Positions 39,562 to 49,554 of a DNA stretch of 64,000 nt are shown one piece after another. Numbering within the stretch: position 1 is the stretch's first letter; the number at the start of each line of letters is the position of its first letter. The notes under the pieces were generated by a model. The model made no database searches, was not told where the DNA came from, and was given only the letters and a program-made list of their open reading frames with translations. The translations under genes were made by a program, and so were the position numbers. The DNA is from Candidatus Bathyarchaeota archaeon (GTDB taxonomy: Archaea; Thermoproteota; Bathyarchaeia; Bathyarchaeales; Bathycorpusculaceae), in NCBI GenBank assembly GCA_963767735.1, contig CAVYES010000007.1:64001-128000 (forward strand). Direction: 5' to 3'.

Positions 39562-40014
39562 TTGGCTAATGAAGAACTTGAAGGCAACACATTAACCGTC
39601 TATGCCTACATAGTCCACGTTGCAAAGCCAGTGGGAACAAGAGACGTTACCAGAGGCGCAAATCTAAGTAGTACAAGCGTTGCATTCAGGCACTTGCAAA
39701 AACTGGAATCCTGGGGATTAATCGAGAAAAATGAATATGGCGACTACATTCTAAAGGAGAAAACAAGCATCAACGGACACGTCTGGGTCGGCAAAAACCT
39801 CGTGCCCCGATTGATGTTTTACTCCTTCTTTTTTCTAGGCGCTTTCGCCGCCGAGATATCATTAATAATGTTAAGCTTTCTAATAAAAGATATTGTGATC
39901 CAGGTCAGCTTTCTTTTCTTAACAGGCATGACTGCGGTGGCAATGATTCTTTTCTTAGTCGAAGGAATACTGCTATACAGAAAATTTAACCAGAACCATA
40001 CAAACAACAATTAA
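39562..40014 (+). CDS. Winged-helix DNA-binding protein with two C-terminal TM helices
   Basis: TLTVYAYI..PVGTRDVTRGANLSSTSVAFRHLQKLESWGLIEKNEYGDY followed by two hydrophobic helices. Confidence 0.85.
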   Translation: MANEELEGNTLTVYAYIVHVAKPVGTRDVTRGANLSSTSVAFRHLQKLESWGLIEKNEYGDYILKEKTSINGHVWVGKNLVPRLMFYSFFFLGAFAAEISLIMLSFLIKDIVIQVSFLFLTGMTAVAMILFLVEGILLYRKFNQNHTNNN

Positions 40015-40535
40015 GCTTCGGGATGTTTTTCATGATAGATTCTACTGTGAATGTACAGTGAGGCAGCTCCGATTATTAGTGCAATGAGGCTACCGATAAA
40101 AAGTGGGAAGACAAGCAAGTTCCCGTAGGTTGCGATTTCTGCCTGCCATGGCCATGGATACCCTTGACTGAATAGAGGCCATGCGCCTATCACTTGATAG
40201 GTAAATCCGAGCGCGGTTACCAATATCGCGGCGTTTTCTTTATTGTCAACTCTTTCCGGTTGAATGTCCCTTATGCAGTAAACGCTTAGAATCAAGGTTC
40301 CAATCAGGCTGATAATTAGAAGGATGGGAATAGTAAAACGCCATTCGGGCAAATAAAAACTGAAAAAGGGCATTATAACCTGCCAATGAAGCAAAACAGC
40401 ATACATATTTGGCATAACAAACCATAAGTCAGCTACACCAAAAAAAATCAGCAACAAGCCGATTGAGAACTGATGGCGCTTGACAAAATTGGTCACGGCG
40501 TAACCTTGATTTGTTTGATCCAGAGTATGATTCAC
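40011..40535 (-). CDS. Hypothetical four-TM membrane protein
   Basis: 174 aa, hydrophobic segments. Confidence 0.75.
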   Translation of the reverse strand: MNHTLDQTNQGYAVTNFVKRHQFSIGLLLIFFGVADLWFVMPNMYAVLLHWQVIMPFFSFYLPEWRFTIPILLIISLIGTLILSVYCIRDIQPERVDNKENAAILVTALGFTYQVIGAWPLFSQGYPWPWQAEIATYGNLLVFPLFIGSLIALIIGAASLYIHSRIYHEKHPEA

Positions 40536-40565
40536 CCATTATGCGTAATGCTGTCTAAATTTTAG

Positions 40566-40642
40566 TGGTGGGCCCGAGGAGATTTGAACTCCTGACCAAC
40601 AGATTATGAGTCTGGCGCTCTACCTAACTGAGCTACGGGCCC
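40566..40642 (-). tRNA. tRNA with CAU anticodon, most likely tRNA-Ile2
   Basis: GGGCCCG acceptor start (Ile-type, not initiator AGCGGG), loop CTCATAA, GTTCAAATC, encoded CCA. Confidence 0.9.
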
Positions 40643-40719
40643 GCACCGCTTTCTCTAAATATTGCTGTTTCATACTACATTTAAACATTTTCCGCATTTT
40701 CGCTAATCAACCTAACGGT

Positions 40720-41580
40720 TCAACGCTGTGTTCGCTCATAATGGAAGAGGTACTCTTGGGCATAACCAGCGTACCGTCCAAAGTAGCTTCTTCCGAAAGC
40801 GTTGAGCTTTTCGTATTCGCCGTTGGTTAAAGAATCGTGGCTTAAGAGTTTTTTAACGAGCGCTTCCGGAAGCTGATTTGCATAGTGGTTTAGGATTACG
40901 CGTTTGACCCAAACGTCCACTGGGAGAGCCTCCATTTTTTCAAGCGAAAAAAGCAGGACACAATCAGCAACTTTCAATCCAACGCCTGGAAACTCCACAA
41001 GTTTTTTTCGGGCTTCAAGGTATGGCATCGCCTTTAAGCTTTCAAGGTCAAATTTTTCTTCGAAGATTTTTTTTGCGGTCGCCTGCACATACTTAGCCCT
41101 GTAGCCTAAACCGCACTCCTGCAACCCGTTTTCGCTTGCCAAAGCAAGCCTTTGCACGCTCGGAAAAAAGTAAAAATCTAATCCGTCAAAAACCCTTTTT
41201 TCACCAAACTTCAAGGAAATCTTGCTCAGCATCTGTTGTATTGCTGCAATGTTCTTGTAGGTTGCGCAGATAAAGCTGATAAGGCATTCCCAAGGCTCCT
41301 GCCTAACAATCCGCAACCCCTCAAAACGGTGCAGAGCCGCCTTAACGTAATCGTCTCTGCCTATGCAACGGGTGATTAGTTCTAAATCATCGTTTAAACC
41401 AAAATAGCATTTCACAAACTCGCCAGTTACGCCGTTAAACTCCAATTCGGAGCCGTATTGGCGAATCTTAAAGACATTTTCGCCGACAACGCCGTACCAC
41501 CATTCACCAATCTTTTTCCACCTGAAAACTTGCCCGCAGCAAACGGAAAGATCCAAATCGAAAGGAACATCAAGGTGCAT
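40720..41580 (-). CDS. ogg1: 8-oxoguanine DNA glycosylase, OGG1-type
   Basis: CGQVFRW, GLRIVRQEPWECLISFI, GLGYRA, PGVGLKVADC, PVDVW, AGYAQEYLF. Confidence 0.92.
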   Translation of the reverse strand: MHLDVPFDLDLSVCCGQVFRWKKIGEWWYGVVGENVFKIRQYGSELEFNGVTGEFVKCYFGLNDDLELITRCIGRDDYVKAALHRFEGLRIVRQEPWECLISFICATYKNIAAIQQMLSKISLKFGEKRVFDGLDFYFFPSVQRLALASENGLQECGLGYRAKYVQATAKKIFEEKFDLESLKAMPYLEARKKLVEFPGVGLKVADCVLLFSLEKMEALPVDVWVKRVILNHYANQLPEALVKKLLSHDSLTNGEYEKLNAFGRSYFGRYAGYAQEYLFHYERTQR

Positions 41581-41584
41581 GAGG

Positions 41585-43708
41585 TTACTGCTCCGTGAAT
41601 TTTTCTGGTTTAGGCACCTCTGGCGAGAGACCTTTGCGTTGTCGTAAGTCACTTATGACCTGCAATGATATTTTTGGCGGCATTTTTTCCCAATGATCAA
41701 AAAACATTTGCCAAAAAGCCCGACCTGAAGTGGCTGAACGCAGTTCCTTTGAGAAGCCAAAGGTTTCAGAGACGGGGATAAATCCGCTGATAACTGTTAG
41801 AAGCCCTTTCTGCTCAAACAAGGTAACTTTTCCACGCCTGCTGCTCAGCATTCTTGAGGATTCCCCCGCTAATTCCGATGCAACAGTAATGATTATTTTG
41901 TAAATAGGCTCCAAAAGAGCGGGGTCAGCTGTCAAGAAGGAACCGAAAACCGCTTTGCCTACTCCACGCATAATCTCAGCTGAATCAAAATCGCCGCATA
42001 GTTGAAAGTCAACCAAGTTCACCTGTACATGGCGAAGTGGTTCACCGCAAAGCGGACCATCCTTGCAAGCAAACTCGAACCCCGCAATAATCGCTTCTAA
42101 AACCTCTTCAGACACCCGCTCAGTTTTTCCGCTGCAGTCTAAAAGCACGTTTCGACGCTCATCAACCGAAAGAATACCAGCCGACTCTTCTGCCGCTGAA
42201 GATTTTGCTTGGTCTTCGCCGTCAGGTTCAACCTGCACCCAAAAACTGTTCTGTTTATTTGGACTTTTCGCTAAAGCCACAGCGCCTTTTTTCTCAACGC
42301 TTTCCATGTAAACAACTCTAGGCGACGAAAAAGCAACCTCAAAGCCGCAGCTGCTTTTCAGCTGGTTGATGGCGACTTCCAGATGCAGCTCGCCCATGCC
42401 GCTTAGCAGGTACTCCCCTGTTTCCTTATCCGCCACGACCTTAAGATTTGGGTCCTCGCTTGCAAGCTTATCAAGTGCCTCAAGCAAAACTGGGATGTCT
42501 TGGGGGTTTTTGGGTTCAATCGCCAAGGTTACAACTGGTTCTGAAACGTAGTTTATGCCTTCAAAAGGAACCATTTCAGCTTTATGCTTAAAGTCAACGA
42601 GTGTTTCGCCGGCTTTAACCTCACCAGCCAAAGTTACAGACGCTAAGTTGCCCGCGGGAACCGAGTTGACTTCTTCTCGAAATGGGCCCATGTCGATATC
42701 GACTTGGTCAACAACCGTTTCTGCTAAAGCATCTACAAGATGCAAGCGGTCACCTTTCTGCAGTTTTCCTGAAAAAACTCTGCCTGTTGTAACTGTGCCG
42801 GCATCGTCAGAATGTACATTGGCTACGTAGAAAACAGCTGGTCCATCATCGCTGCAGTCAACTAATGCCTGTCCAATCGGTGACTCAACGTGCCCATCCC
42901 AAATCTCCTCGATTCTGTAGGTTTGCGCTTCCCTCGGATTTGGAAGCTTTTTGATTGCCATTTCAAAAATTGCTTCGTAAACAGGCAGCGCTTTCGCCAG
43001 CTTTTTACAGTCGCCTTTCATGTAGGCTGTGATGATGTCGGAAAACTTTAAGCCCCTCTCTTTTGCCATCTCCATCGTGAAGCCCCAGCCATGCAGAGCT
43101 GCCCCAAAAGCAACATTACCAGATGAAGCATCAATTTTCCACTGGTTTTTGAATGGCTCCGCGCAAAAAAGCTCTATTTGGTCATTGAAGCTGCTGATGA
43201 TATGGTTTAGCTTCTTTTGGAGCTGCTCCTCGTTCAGTTGTAACTCTGTAATTAAGCGGTCAACCTTGTTGATGAAAAGCACAGGTCTAACGCGTTCCTC
43301 AAGAGCTTGCCGAGTAACAATTTCCGTCTGCGCCATAATCTCCTCGACAGCATCCACAACCACCACTGCCCCATCGATGACGCGCAGGGCTCGGGTGACT
43401 TTACCCGTGAAATCCACGTGCCCAGGAGTGTCCACAAGATTGATGATGTATGGGTCGCCAGCGATTTTGTATAGCAGGCTGATGTTGGCAGTTTTTATGG
43501 TGATTTTTCGTTTTTGCTCTTCATAAAGATAATCAAGCACACGCGCAGTTCCAGCCATTGTCGTAGACAGCAAACCTGCTCCTGCCAAAAGGGAATCGGC
43601 AAGGGTTGTTTTGCCGTGGTCGATGTGGGCGATTATGCCTATGTTTCGGATAAGCTCTTTTCTGCCCATTAGCCCCTGAATCTGCGCTATCTGCTTGAAT
43701 CTCGACAT
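41585..43708 (-). CDS. Elongation factor 2 paralog (aEF-2p) lacking the diphthamide loop
   Basis: AHIDHGKTT, DTPGHVDF, NKVD, GMGELHLE, LRSATSGRA; no HRG motif in domain IV. Confidence 0.9.
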   Translation of the reverse strand: MSRFKQIAQIQGLMGRKELIRNIGIIAHIDHGKTTLADSLLAGAGLLSTTMAGTARVLDYLYEEQKRKITIKTANISLLYKIAGDPYIINLVDTPGHVDFTGKVTRALRVIDGAVVVVDAVEEIMAQTEIVTRQALEERVRPVLFINKVDRLITELQLNEEQLQKKLNHIISSFNDQIELFCAEPFKNQWKIDASSGNVAFGAALHGWGFTMEMAKERGLKFSDIITAYMKGDCKKLAKALPVYEAIFEMAIKKLPNPREAQTYRIEEIWDGHVESPIGQALVDCSDDGPAVFYVANVHSDDAGTVTTGRVFSGKLQKGDRLHLVDALAETVVDQVDIDMGPFREEVNSVPAGNLASVTLAGEVKAGETLVDFKHKAEMVPFEGINYVSEPVVTLAIEPKNPQDIPVLLEALDKLASEDPNLKVVADKETGEYLLSGMGELHLEVAINQLKSSCGFEVAFSSPRVVYMESVEKKGAVALAKSPNKQNSFWVQVEPDGEDQAKSSAAEESAGILSVDERRNVLLDCSGKTERVSEEVLEAIIAGFEFACKDGPLCGEPLRHVQVNLVDFQLCGDFDSAEIMRGVGKAVFGSFLTADPALLEPIYKIIITVASELAGESSRMLSSRRGKVTLFEQKGLLTVISGFIPVSETFGFSKELRSATSGRAFWQMFFDHWEKMPPKISLQVISDLRQRKGLSPEVPKPEKFTEQ

Positions 43709-44020
43709 AGCTAATACACAAACAGAAACCCATTAATGTCAACGCCCTATTAAATTTATAATTCCTTCTTTCCTTAACGCAGCTCTATTTCCTTTAGTTA
43801 ATTTGATTAAAATTTAGGTTTGGAATTTTTTGGGTTAAAATCTAGTTAAAGCAGCGATTTAGCTCAGGTAAAATTGCAATAAAAACGAAAATAAAATGTT
43901 TTTTTGTTGTTGTATTATGGAAGCCACATATGAATATTAACACTTTTGAGAGTCATTAAATTAGTAACAGTATAGCCTGCGATATTCCAGCATGTTATGC
44001 TTTGGTAAACTGCAGGCAAA

Positions 44021-44170
44021 GTGGTAGCTGATTTGGAGAAACGATTTTTGAGTCAAATAAAAGTTGCTGTGAAACAAGCCTTTGATACCGTTGACGGAAT
44101 TATATTCGAAGCCGCTTTGGTATTGAACGCGATAGAAACAGAGTACAAACAAAAAGAGTATACCAGTTGA
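44021..44170 (+). CDS. Possible 49-aa small protein (below the ORF-track cutoff)
   Basis: GTG..TGA open frame MVADLEKRFLSQIKVAVKQAFDTVDGIIFEAALVLNAIETEYKQKEYTS. Confidence 0.4.
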   Translation: MVADLEKRFLSQIKVAVKQAFDTVDGIIFEAALVLNAIETEYKQKEYTS

Positions 44171-44180
44171 GGTGCAGTTT

Positions 44181-44387
44181 TTATTTGGATAATGATTGCA
44201 CTCTGCCAACTTTGCCGTCTGTAAGTCGTACCTTGATTCCGTGGGGATGAGTCGGGCTGTTGGTAAGGATATCCTTGACGATACCTTCAGTTAATTTACC
44301 GCTTCGCTGGTCTTGCTTCAAGACGATTTTTACGCGGATGCCCGCCTTGATTTGACTCCTCTGTTGATTAGGTTCCATCCCCGTCAT
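44181..44387 (-). CDS. YwbE family protein
   Basis: IVLKQDQRSGKLTEGIVKDILTNSPTHPHGIKVRL.DG.VGRVQ. Confidence 0.92.
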   Translation of the reverse strand: MTGMEPNQQRSQIKAGIRVKIVLKQDQRSGKLTEGIVKDILTNSPTHPHGIKVRLTDGKVGRVQSLSK

Positions 44388-44535
44388 ACACGCTTCGCGG
44401 CTTATAGCGCATTCGCACTCATATTCAAACTTTAACATTATTACGAAATCCGAAATAATAAGATTAGCGAAATACGACTTTTAATGCGAAATCACTAGCT
44501 CATTCATAGAAAACACCTCTAAAAAAGGAAACAAA

Positions 44536-44997
44536 ATGACCATAACTTTCTCCAGAAAAGCATTTCTTGTTACAGCTTTAGTGATAGTTTTCGTATTATC
44601 TTTAGCTGTGGTGACCTACACAGAGGCAATAGCGGGTAGCGTAAAACCATTACAGGGCACCGTCACGTACAGTCTCAATAACGTTGAAACTGGAACATGG
44701 ACTACCACTCTCACACTCAGCAACGCTTCTAGCCCTTGGTATTCAAGACTGGAAATCAACGCCGCCGGCTATAATGGACCCGTAATCGTAACTTGGAACC
44801 TACAGCAAAAAACTGGGGTTTCCAGTTGGACGGATGTTTCTGGAGATGCAATATCAACCTCGATGGTGTTGTCAGGAAGCGTACATAATATCTACGCTAC
44901 AAACAACGGCTCTTACAGTTCAAGCAATTATAATTGGGAACAAGATGTCTCTGCATCAGGAACGTATCGAGTAGTTGCGACTGTTATGGCTCCTTAA
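44536..44997 (+). CDS. Secreted beta-sandwich protein
   Basis: RK+hydrophobic signal; Ser/Thr-rich beta pattern; ends SGTYRVVATV. Confidence 0.8.
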   Translation: MTITFSRKAFLVTALVIVFVLSLAVVTYTEAIAGSVKPLQGTVTYSLNNVETGTWTTTLTLSNASSPWYSRLEINAAGYNGPVIVTWNLQQKTGVSSWTDVSGDAISTSMVLSGSVHNIYATNNGSYSSSNYNWEQDVSASGTYRVVATVMAP

Positions 44998-45121
44998 GAT
45001 TAGAATATTGGGTGTATCGCCAAGGTCATGCATATCGAGGCGCCTTCAGTAATCAAAGTTTCAATGGATGGTTCTTCGCAGTACCTAATATCAAATTTAT
45101 AATCCCGCCGACGCAGTAATC

Positions 45122-45910
45122 GTGCTTAGAAGGAAACGGCAGGTGAAAAAGCCCACAATCGTCCAACTTAACCAACTGACCCAAGAACCTTACCCTTCGG
45201 TCTTGTGCTTCCCAAATCCCAGCGAAGCTGAACTGCAAAGCCGCATCCAAGAACTTCGCAGCCTCGACGTCACGGCTCTTGAGTTTTCGGGGACAGCAAG
45301 CCTCTTCGGCGTTGCGGTTCCAGTCTTGGGCAAGGGCTTTGTCGGCATCGTAGTCATTGCGCATGTAAACAGGAAGAGAGTGGCGGTTAAAATCCGTAGG
45401 ACAGACGCAGACCGAGCCGACCTGCTTCATGAAGCGCACATGTTATCCAAAGCAAACTCTGTAAATGTGGCTCCGAAACTCATGGCGGCAAGCAAAAACT
45501 TTCTTCTTATGCAGCTCATTGACGGCGATCTGTTTCCCAATTGGCTAAAAACAAACAAAGAATCAGCCCGGGTAAAACAGATTTTGAGGGAAGTCTTGGA
45601 ACAGTGCTTCAGACTCGACAAAGCTGGCTTGGACCACGGTGAACTCAGCAAAGCACCTAAACACCTGCTAGTCGACAAGACTGAGAAACCCTTCATTGTA
45701 GATTTTGAAACAGCCAGCGAGGAGCGAAGAGTGGCAAATGTTACGGCGGTTTGCCAGTATCTTTTTGCGGGCAACAGCTCTGCATCGAAGATTTTGGCTG
45801 AAATTTTTGGAGAAAGAAATAGATTGGAATTAATTGACGCGTTGAAGGCTTACAAGAAAAACAGAATCAGAAGCAACTTTGAGGGCTTACTTAAGGTTTG
45901 CCTCAATTAG
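45122..45910 (+). CDS. Ser/Thr protein kinase-like (RIO/Bud32-related)
   Basis: LGKGFVGIV, VAVKIRR, DHGEL, IVDFE. Confidence 0.88.
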   Translation: MLRRKRQVKKPTIVQLNQLTQEPYPSVLCFPNPSEAELQSRIQELRSLDVTALEFSGTASLFGVAVPVLGKGFVGIVVIAHVNRKRVAVKIRRTDADRADLLHEAHMLSKANSVNVAPKLMAASKNFLLMQLIDGDLFPNWLKTNKESARVKQILREVLEQCFRLDKAGLDHGELSKAPKHLLVDKTEKPFIVDFETASEERRVANVTAVCQYLFAGNSSASKILAEIFGERNRLELIDALKAYKKNRIRSNFEGLLKVCLN

Positions 45911-45918
45911 CACATAGC

Positions 45919-47004
45919 TTAAGCTAAGATGTCAGTCAGTCTTTTCTGTTCTTTAGCCTCTTTTATTTCCATGGCTATGCGTTTGCCCATGTACATGTTT
46001 TCGCCGTATTTCAGGTAAGCGTAGGGTGAAGTGCCGATACCAACGTTTGTTCCTGCCACGATGCGAGCGGAAATCTCGAAGGTGAAAATTTTCAAATCGT
46101 CAGTTATCACGGTTTCAAGGCAGAAAGGACCTATGATTCCTGGCGGCGCAAGTTCTTTAGCTTTCTTGTGGACACTGTCGCCCATGCGCATCAGTTCAGG
46201 CAATAGTGATTCTCGGAGTACAATTGGGAAGTTGCCTACTACGGTGTATGTGGGGTTAACGTCTATTTCTAGCTGTTCGGCTGCGGGTATTTTGCCGATG
46301 GAGTCCACGGCTGATTCGTATCGCCTATCAACACAGAGAAGTTCCACGTCATCGTTTAGGATTGAGCTGAAGTAGCTGGGGTAAACGTTCACTCCCATCG
46401 CGTACTCTTGCAGGTGAATCTCGCCTAAATCAGCTTCTTTAAGCAAGCCACGTTTAACTAACTCATTGAATTTCTTGTGAAACGCCTTTGGTGAATTGGC
46501 TAAGAAGTATCCTCGTCCACCTTTGGCACCGGGCAATTTGACGATGACTAAGCGGTCAATGTCCTCAGGAGTTTTGAATGTTGCTGGCAAGCGCAGCCCT
46601 GCTTGGCGCAGCCATTCTGCCTGGGATTTGCGGTTGGCTTCCCAATGGAGCAATTGGCGGTTCCCAAACATAGGCACCAAAAGGCGGTCAGTTAATTCTT
46701 CGGTGCTCAAATAAGCGGTAAATGACCCGTGCGGAATCAAAATGACGTTTAGCTTACGCAACCTTTCCTGCAACTGCTCGTTTAACAGTTCAGTAAAGTC
46801 TTTAACGATAATTAATTCGTCGACAAGAGGGAATTTCTTGTACATTATAGCGTCTTTTTCTTTGCATACGCATACTGTTAGGAAACCTTCTTCCTTGGCA
46901 CCCTTGAATATGTTGAGTGAACTGTGGGAGCCTAAAGTGCCGATGGCCAGCTTTTTCTGGTCGTATTTTTCAACTATTTTGGCGATGTCTTTGTGGGTTA
47001 TCAC
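45919..47004 (-). CDS. purP: PurP-type formate-dependent ATP-grasp ligase
   Basis: LGSHS, PHGSF, GAKGGRGYF, DRRYES, FEISARIVAGTN. Confidence 0.92.
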   Translation of the reverse strand: MITHKDIAKIVEKYDQKKLAIGTLGSHSSLNIFKGAKEEGFLTVCVCKEKDAIMYKKFPLVDELIIVKDFTELLNEQLQERLRKLNVILIPHGSFTAYLSTEELTDRLLVPMFGNRQLLHWEANRKSQAEWLRQAGLRLPATFKTPEDIDRLVIVKLPGAKGGRGYFLANSPKAFHKKFNELVKRGLLKEADLGEIHLQEYAMGVNVYPSYFSSILNDDVELLCVDRRYESAVDSIGKIPAAEQLEIDVNPTYTVVGNFPIVLRESLLPELMRMGDSVHKKAKELAPPGIIGPFCLETVITDDLKIFTFEISARIVAGTNVGIGTSPYAYLKYGENMYMGKRIAMEIKEAKEQKRLTDILA

Positions 47005-48098
47005 GTTCCCACTTCCGCAAGCCTGCCTTCCTTAACTGCACGTTTAACTTCCATAGCAACGCGTCTACCAGGACCAACTTCTATGCCGTACTTGTATTTC
47101 ATGTATGGCGAAGTGGGCTCAACGCATGGGCATCCTGGGACTCTTGGGCTGACATCGAAAACATAGAAAGTCAAGTCTTTCGTTATGGCACCTTGTAGTG
47201 CAAATAAACCTATCATTCCAGGCGGGTACTCTTTTTTGCAGGCGTCTACAAAGCGTTCTGCCGCTTCAAAGATTTTTTCGATTTGGCTCTCACGCATGGT
47301 GGCTCCCATGTGCCCGATTTCAATGTTCTGCGTGGGAATGTTGAGCTCTAACTGCTCCATCGCTGGCAAATCCAGCACTCCATCGAGGTCTGTTTGAATG
47401 CGCCTGTCAAACCCTAAGAGGTCAATTTCATCGGTTAAGGGTGACCAAAATAGATTAGCGTTAAATTTTGCTCCGACAACGTACTCTTCTATTACCGCAT
47501 GTTCCAGCGCTTCACAAGTTATTATGCCTTGCATTATGCGTTTTTGTGATGTTTTCACGTACTCTTCAGGAGAAGAAGCGAAGAAAAAGGCTCGTTCAAT
47601 TGCCCGTTTTTTTTCGGGAACTTTTACGAGTACTAAGCGGTCAATTTCTTCCGGTGACTCAAAGGTTTTCGGCGTCGCAATCCCAGCCTTCTGAAGCAGG
47701 TACAGCTGGTTTCTTGGCGTGTTGCGCTCTTCAGTCCGCAGCATAGCTCGGTTACCCATCAAAGGCACAGCGAACTGGTTCTCTATTGCCTCGTAACCAG
47801 CATAAACTGAGAATGAACGGTTTGGAACAAAAACTGTGTTCAAATCAACCAGTTTTTTAACGTTCGCTTCGCTTGTTATCTCCAAGAATTTATCCAGCAT
47901 AATCACGTGGTCAAAGAGGTTTCGGTAATATTTTGTGTAGGTTTTTTCTCTCCCAGTCTGGCATACGACTACTGTTTCTAAGCCTTCTTGTTTTGCGCCT
48001 GAAGCTATCTCAAGCGCCGAGTGCGAACCTAAAACCCCTATGCGGATCGCTGCGGGATTGTATTTTTTTATTACTTGCTTAATTTCCTCGCCTAACAT
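47001..48098 (-). CDS. PurP-like paralog
   Basis: LGSHSAL, PNRSF, ERAFF, DRRIQT, DVSPRVPG. Confidence 0.9.
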   Translation of the reverse strand: MLGEEIKQVIKKYNPAAIRIGVLGSHSALEIASGAKQEGLETVVVCQTGREKTYTKYYRNLFDHVIMLDKFLEITSEANVKKLVDLNTVFVPNRSFSVYAGYEAIENQFAVPLMGNRAMLRTEERNTPRNQLYLLQKAGIATPKTFESPEEIDRLVLVKVPEKKRAIERAFFFASSPEEYVKTSQKRIMQGIITCEALEHAVIEEYVVGAKFNANLFWSPLTDEIDLLGFDRRIQTDLDGVLDLPAMEQLELNIPTQNIEIGHMGATMRESQIEKIFEAAERFVDACKKEYPPGMIGLFALQGAITKDLTFYVFDVSPRVPGCPCVEPTSPYMKYKYGIEVGPGRRVAMEVKRAVKEGRLAEVGT

Positions 48099-48100
48099 GC

Positions 48101-49153
48101 TTATTCCTTCATGTATTTTTTGTACTTCGCGATTACTTCTGAAAGTTTTGGAGCACCAAACATTTTGCGACTAGTCATTTCGTTTGCCGCCGCCATGTAC
48201 ATTTCACTAATGACCGCTTTGAGCTGAGCGTCAAGCTTAGGAGGCTGCGACTTGCACAGCGACTTCCAGTCTCGTATGCCTTTGGTTTCAGCCTCTTTCT
48301 TAGCATGCTCCAAATCCGCATACCAGCTGGTTTTCTTGTAGAATTGCCGCGCAACCTCCTTGCTGACATGCACACCGTCATAAGTGAACCTGCATTCGTC
48401 AAGAGTCCCAACGACGTCAACTATCATGAGTTCTCTTTTTTCGTCGAAAGCTAACTCGATTTTTCCATCCTCATTCTTTAGCCCCGCTTTAGAGGCAACC
48501 TCAGTTATCGTTTCATCCGCCTCAAGAAGGACAGCTTTCACATCGGCTAATTCTTCGTCGGCTAACCCCGCGATTTTCTGCGCCTCCTGCCATGTGACGT
48601 AGCGGTCGGTTTCTTCAAGTTTGGTGCTAACGTCAAAGATTGGCTTGGAAAGTTGTTCGCCAGGCTTTGGATAGTGGTCTAAGCCTAAATCTTTGAGGGT
48701 GATTTTTGCTTGTTCGAGCCTTTTGAAAACCGATGAGCCTTCTGGTAAGCCGTTTCGATAGATTATTTCGAGGGGAACAAGGCAGTTTTTCAGTTTTGGC
48801 GTATAGTCGCTGTAATCGTGGACTATTTTGCCGTTAACTACGCTTGTCTGTGGCCTGTAAACGTTAACTAAACTGACTTCCATGATGTTTGAGTGCTGCT
48901 TTAACTCGTTGAATTTGACGGCTTCGCCTTCTGAGTCAACTAAGCCTCTATAATGGGTCTTAACTCCTTTCCGCTCTAACTGCTCAAAACAGTAAGCGCC
49001 CATCATGCATAAAGCTGCGCCTTTGCTGTCGATGTGGTCTGGCATTTCGCCCCAGTCAAAAACGCTGTAGCGGTCGGAAAAAGCGAATCTACCTATGCCC
49101 ATGGCTTGCCCAGTCGGCTTCTTGATTACTTCGAGGTCTTTTACGCTGCCCAT
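48101..49153 (-). CDS. purC: SAICAR synthetase
   Basis: MGSVKDL, FSDRYSVFDWG, PLEIIYRN, STKLE, DGKIE, GTLDECRF. Confidence 0.95.
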   Translation of the reverse strand: MGSVKDLEVIKKPTGQAMGIGRFAFSDRYSVFDWGEMPDHIDSKGAALCMMGAYCFEQLERKGVKTHYRGLVDSEGEAVKFNELKQHSNIMEVSLVNVYRPQTSVVNGKIVHDYSDYTPKLKNCLVPLEIIYRNGLPEGSSVFKRLEQAKITLKDLGLDHYPKPGEQLSKPIFDVSTKLEETDRYVTWQEAQKIAGLADEELADVKAVLLEADETITEVASKAGLKNEDGKIELAFDEKRELMIVDVVGTLDECRFTYDGVHVSKEVARQFYKKTSWYADLEHAKKEAETKGIRDWKSLCKSQPPKLDAQLKAVISEMYMAAANEMTSRKMFGAPKLSEVIAKYKKYMKE

Positions 49154-49554
49154 GCTGCTATCCCAAGGTTATCTTAGTTCTATCAGAATATTCTATTTTA
49201 GCTTATATATCGCTATCTAGTAAAAAAATCAGCCACTTTTAAAAGGCACAAAAGAATGATTTCTTGAAAGCGGATTAATACAGCCCAGTGTCTTCCAGCA
49301 AAAAAATCAATAATGTTTGAATTTGGCGCCATAAAGGCGTTTTTGTTGGCAACATCTTGCAGTGGCACTGTCCTATTTGAACGTCAACCTAAAATTTTAG
49401 ACCCCGACTGCCCACTGAAGCATAAAACACCTGTTATTGTGCAGGTTTTCTCCCTAACGGACCTATAGACCAACCTAATATTTGTGACAAAAAAAACGCC
49501 ACAAAAAAGCAACCCTGCCAAATAGTGGAGCCAGAAATCTAACGGGCCGAGCAG

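Noticed and set aside
45919-48098. Tandem purP paralogs as a novelty
   Set aside because: Two PurP-like genes are common in archaea
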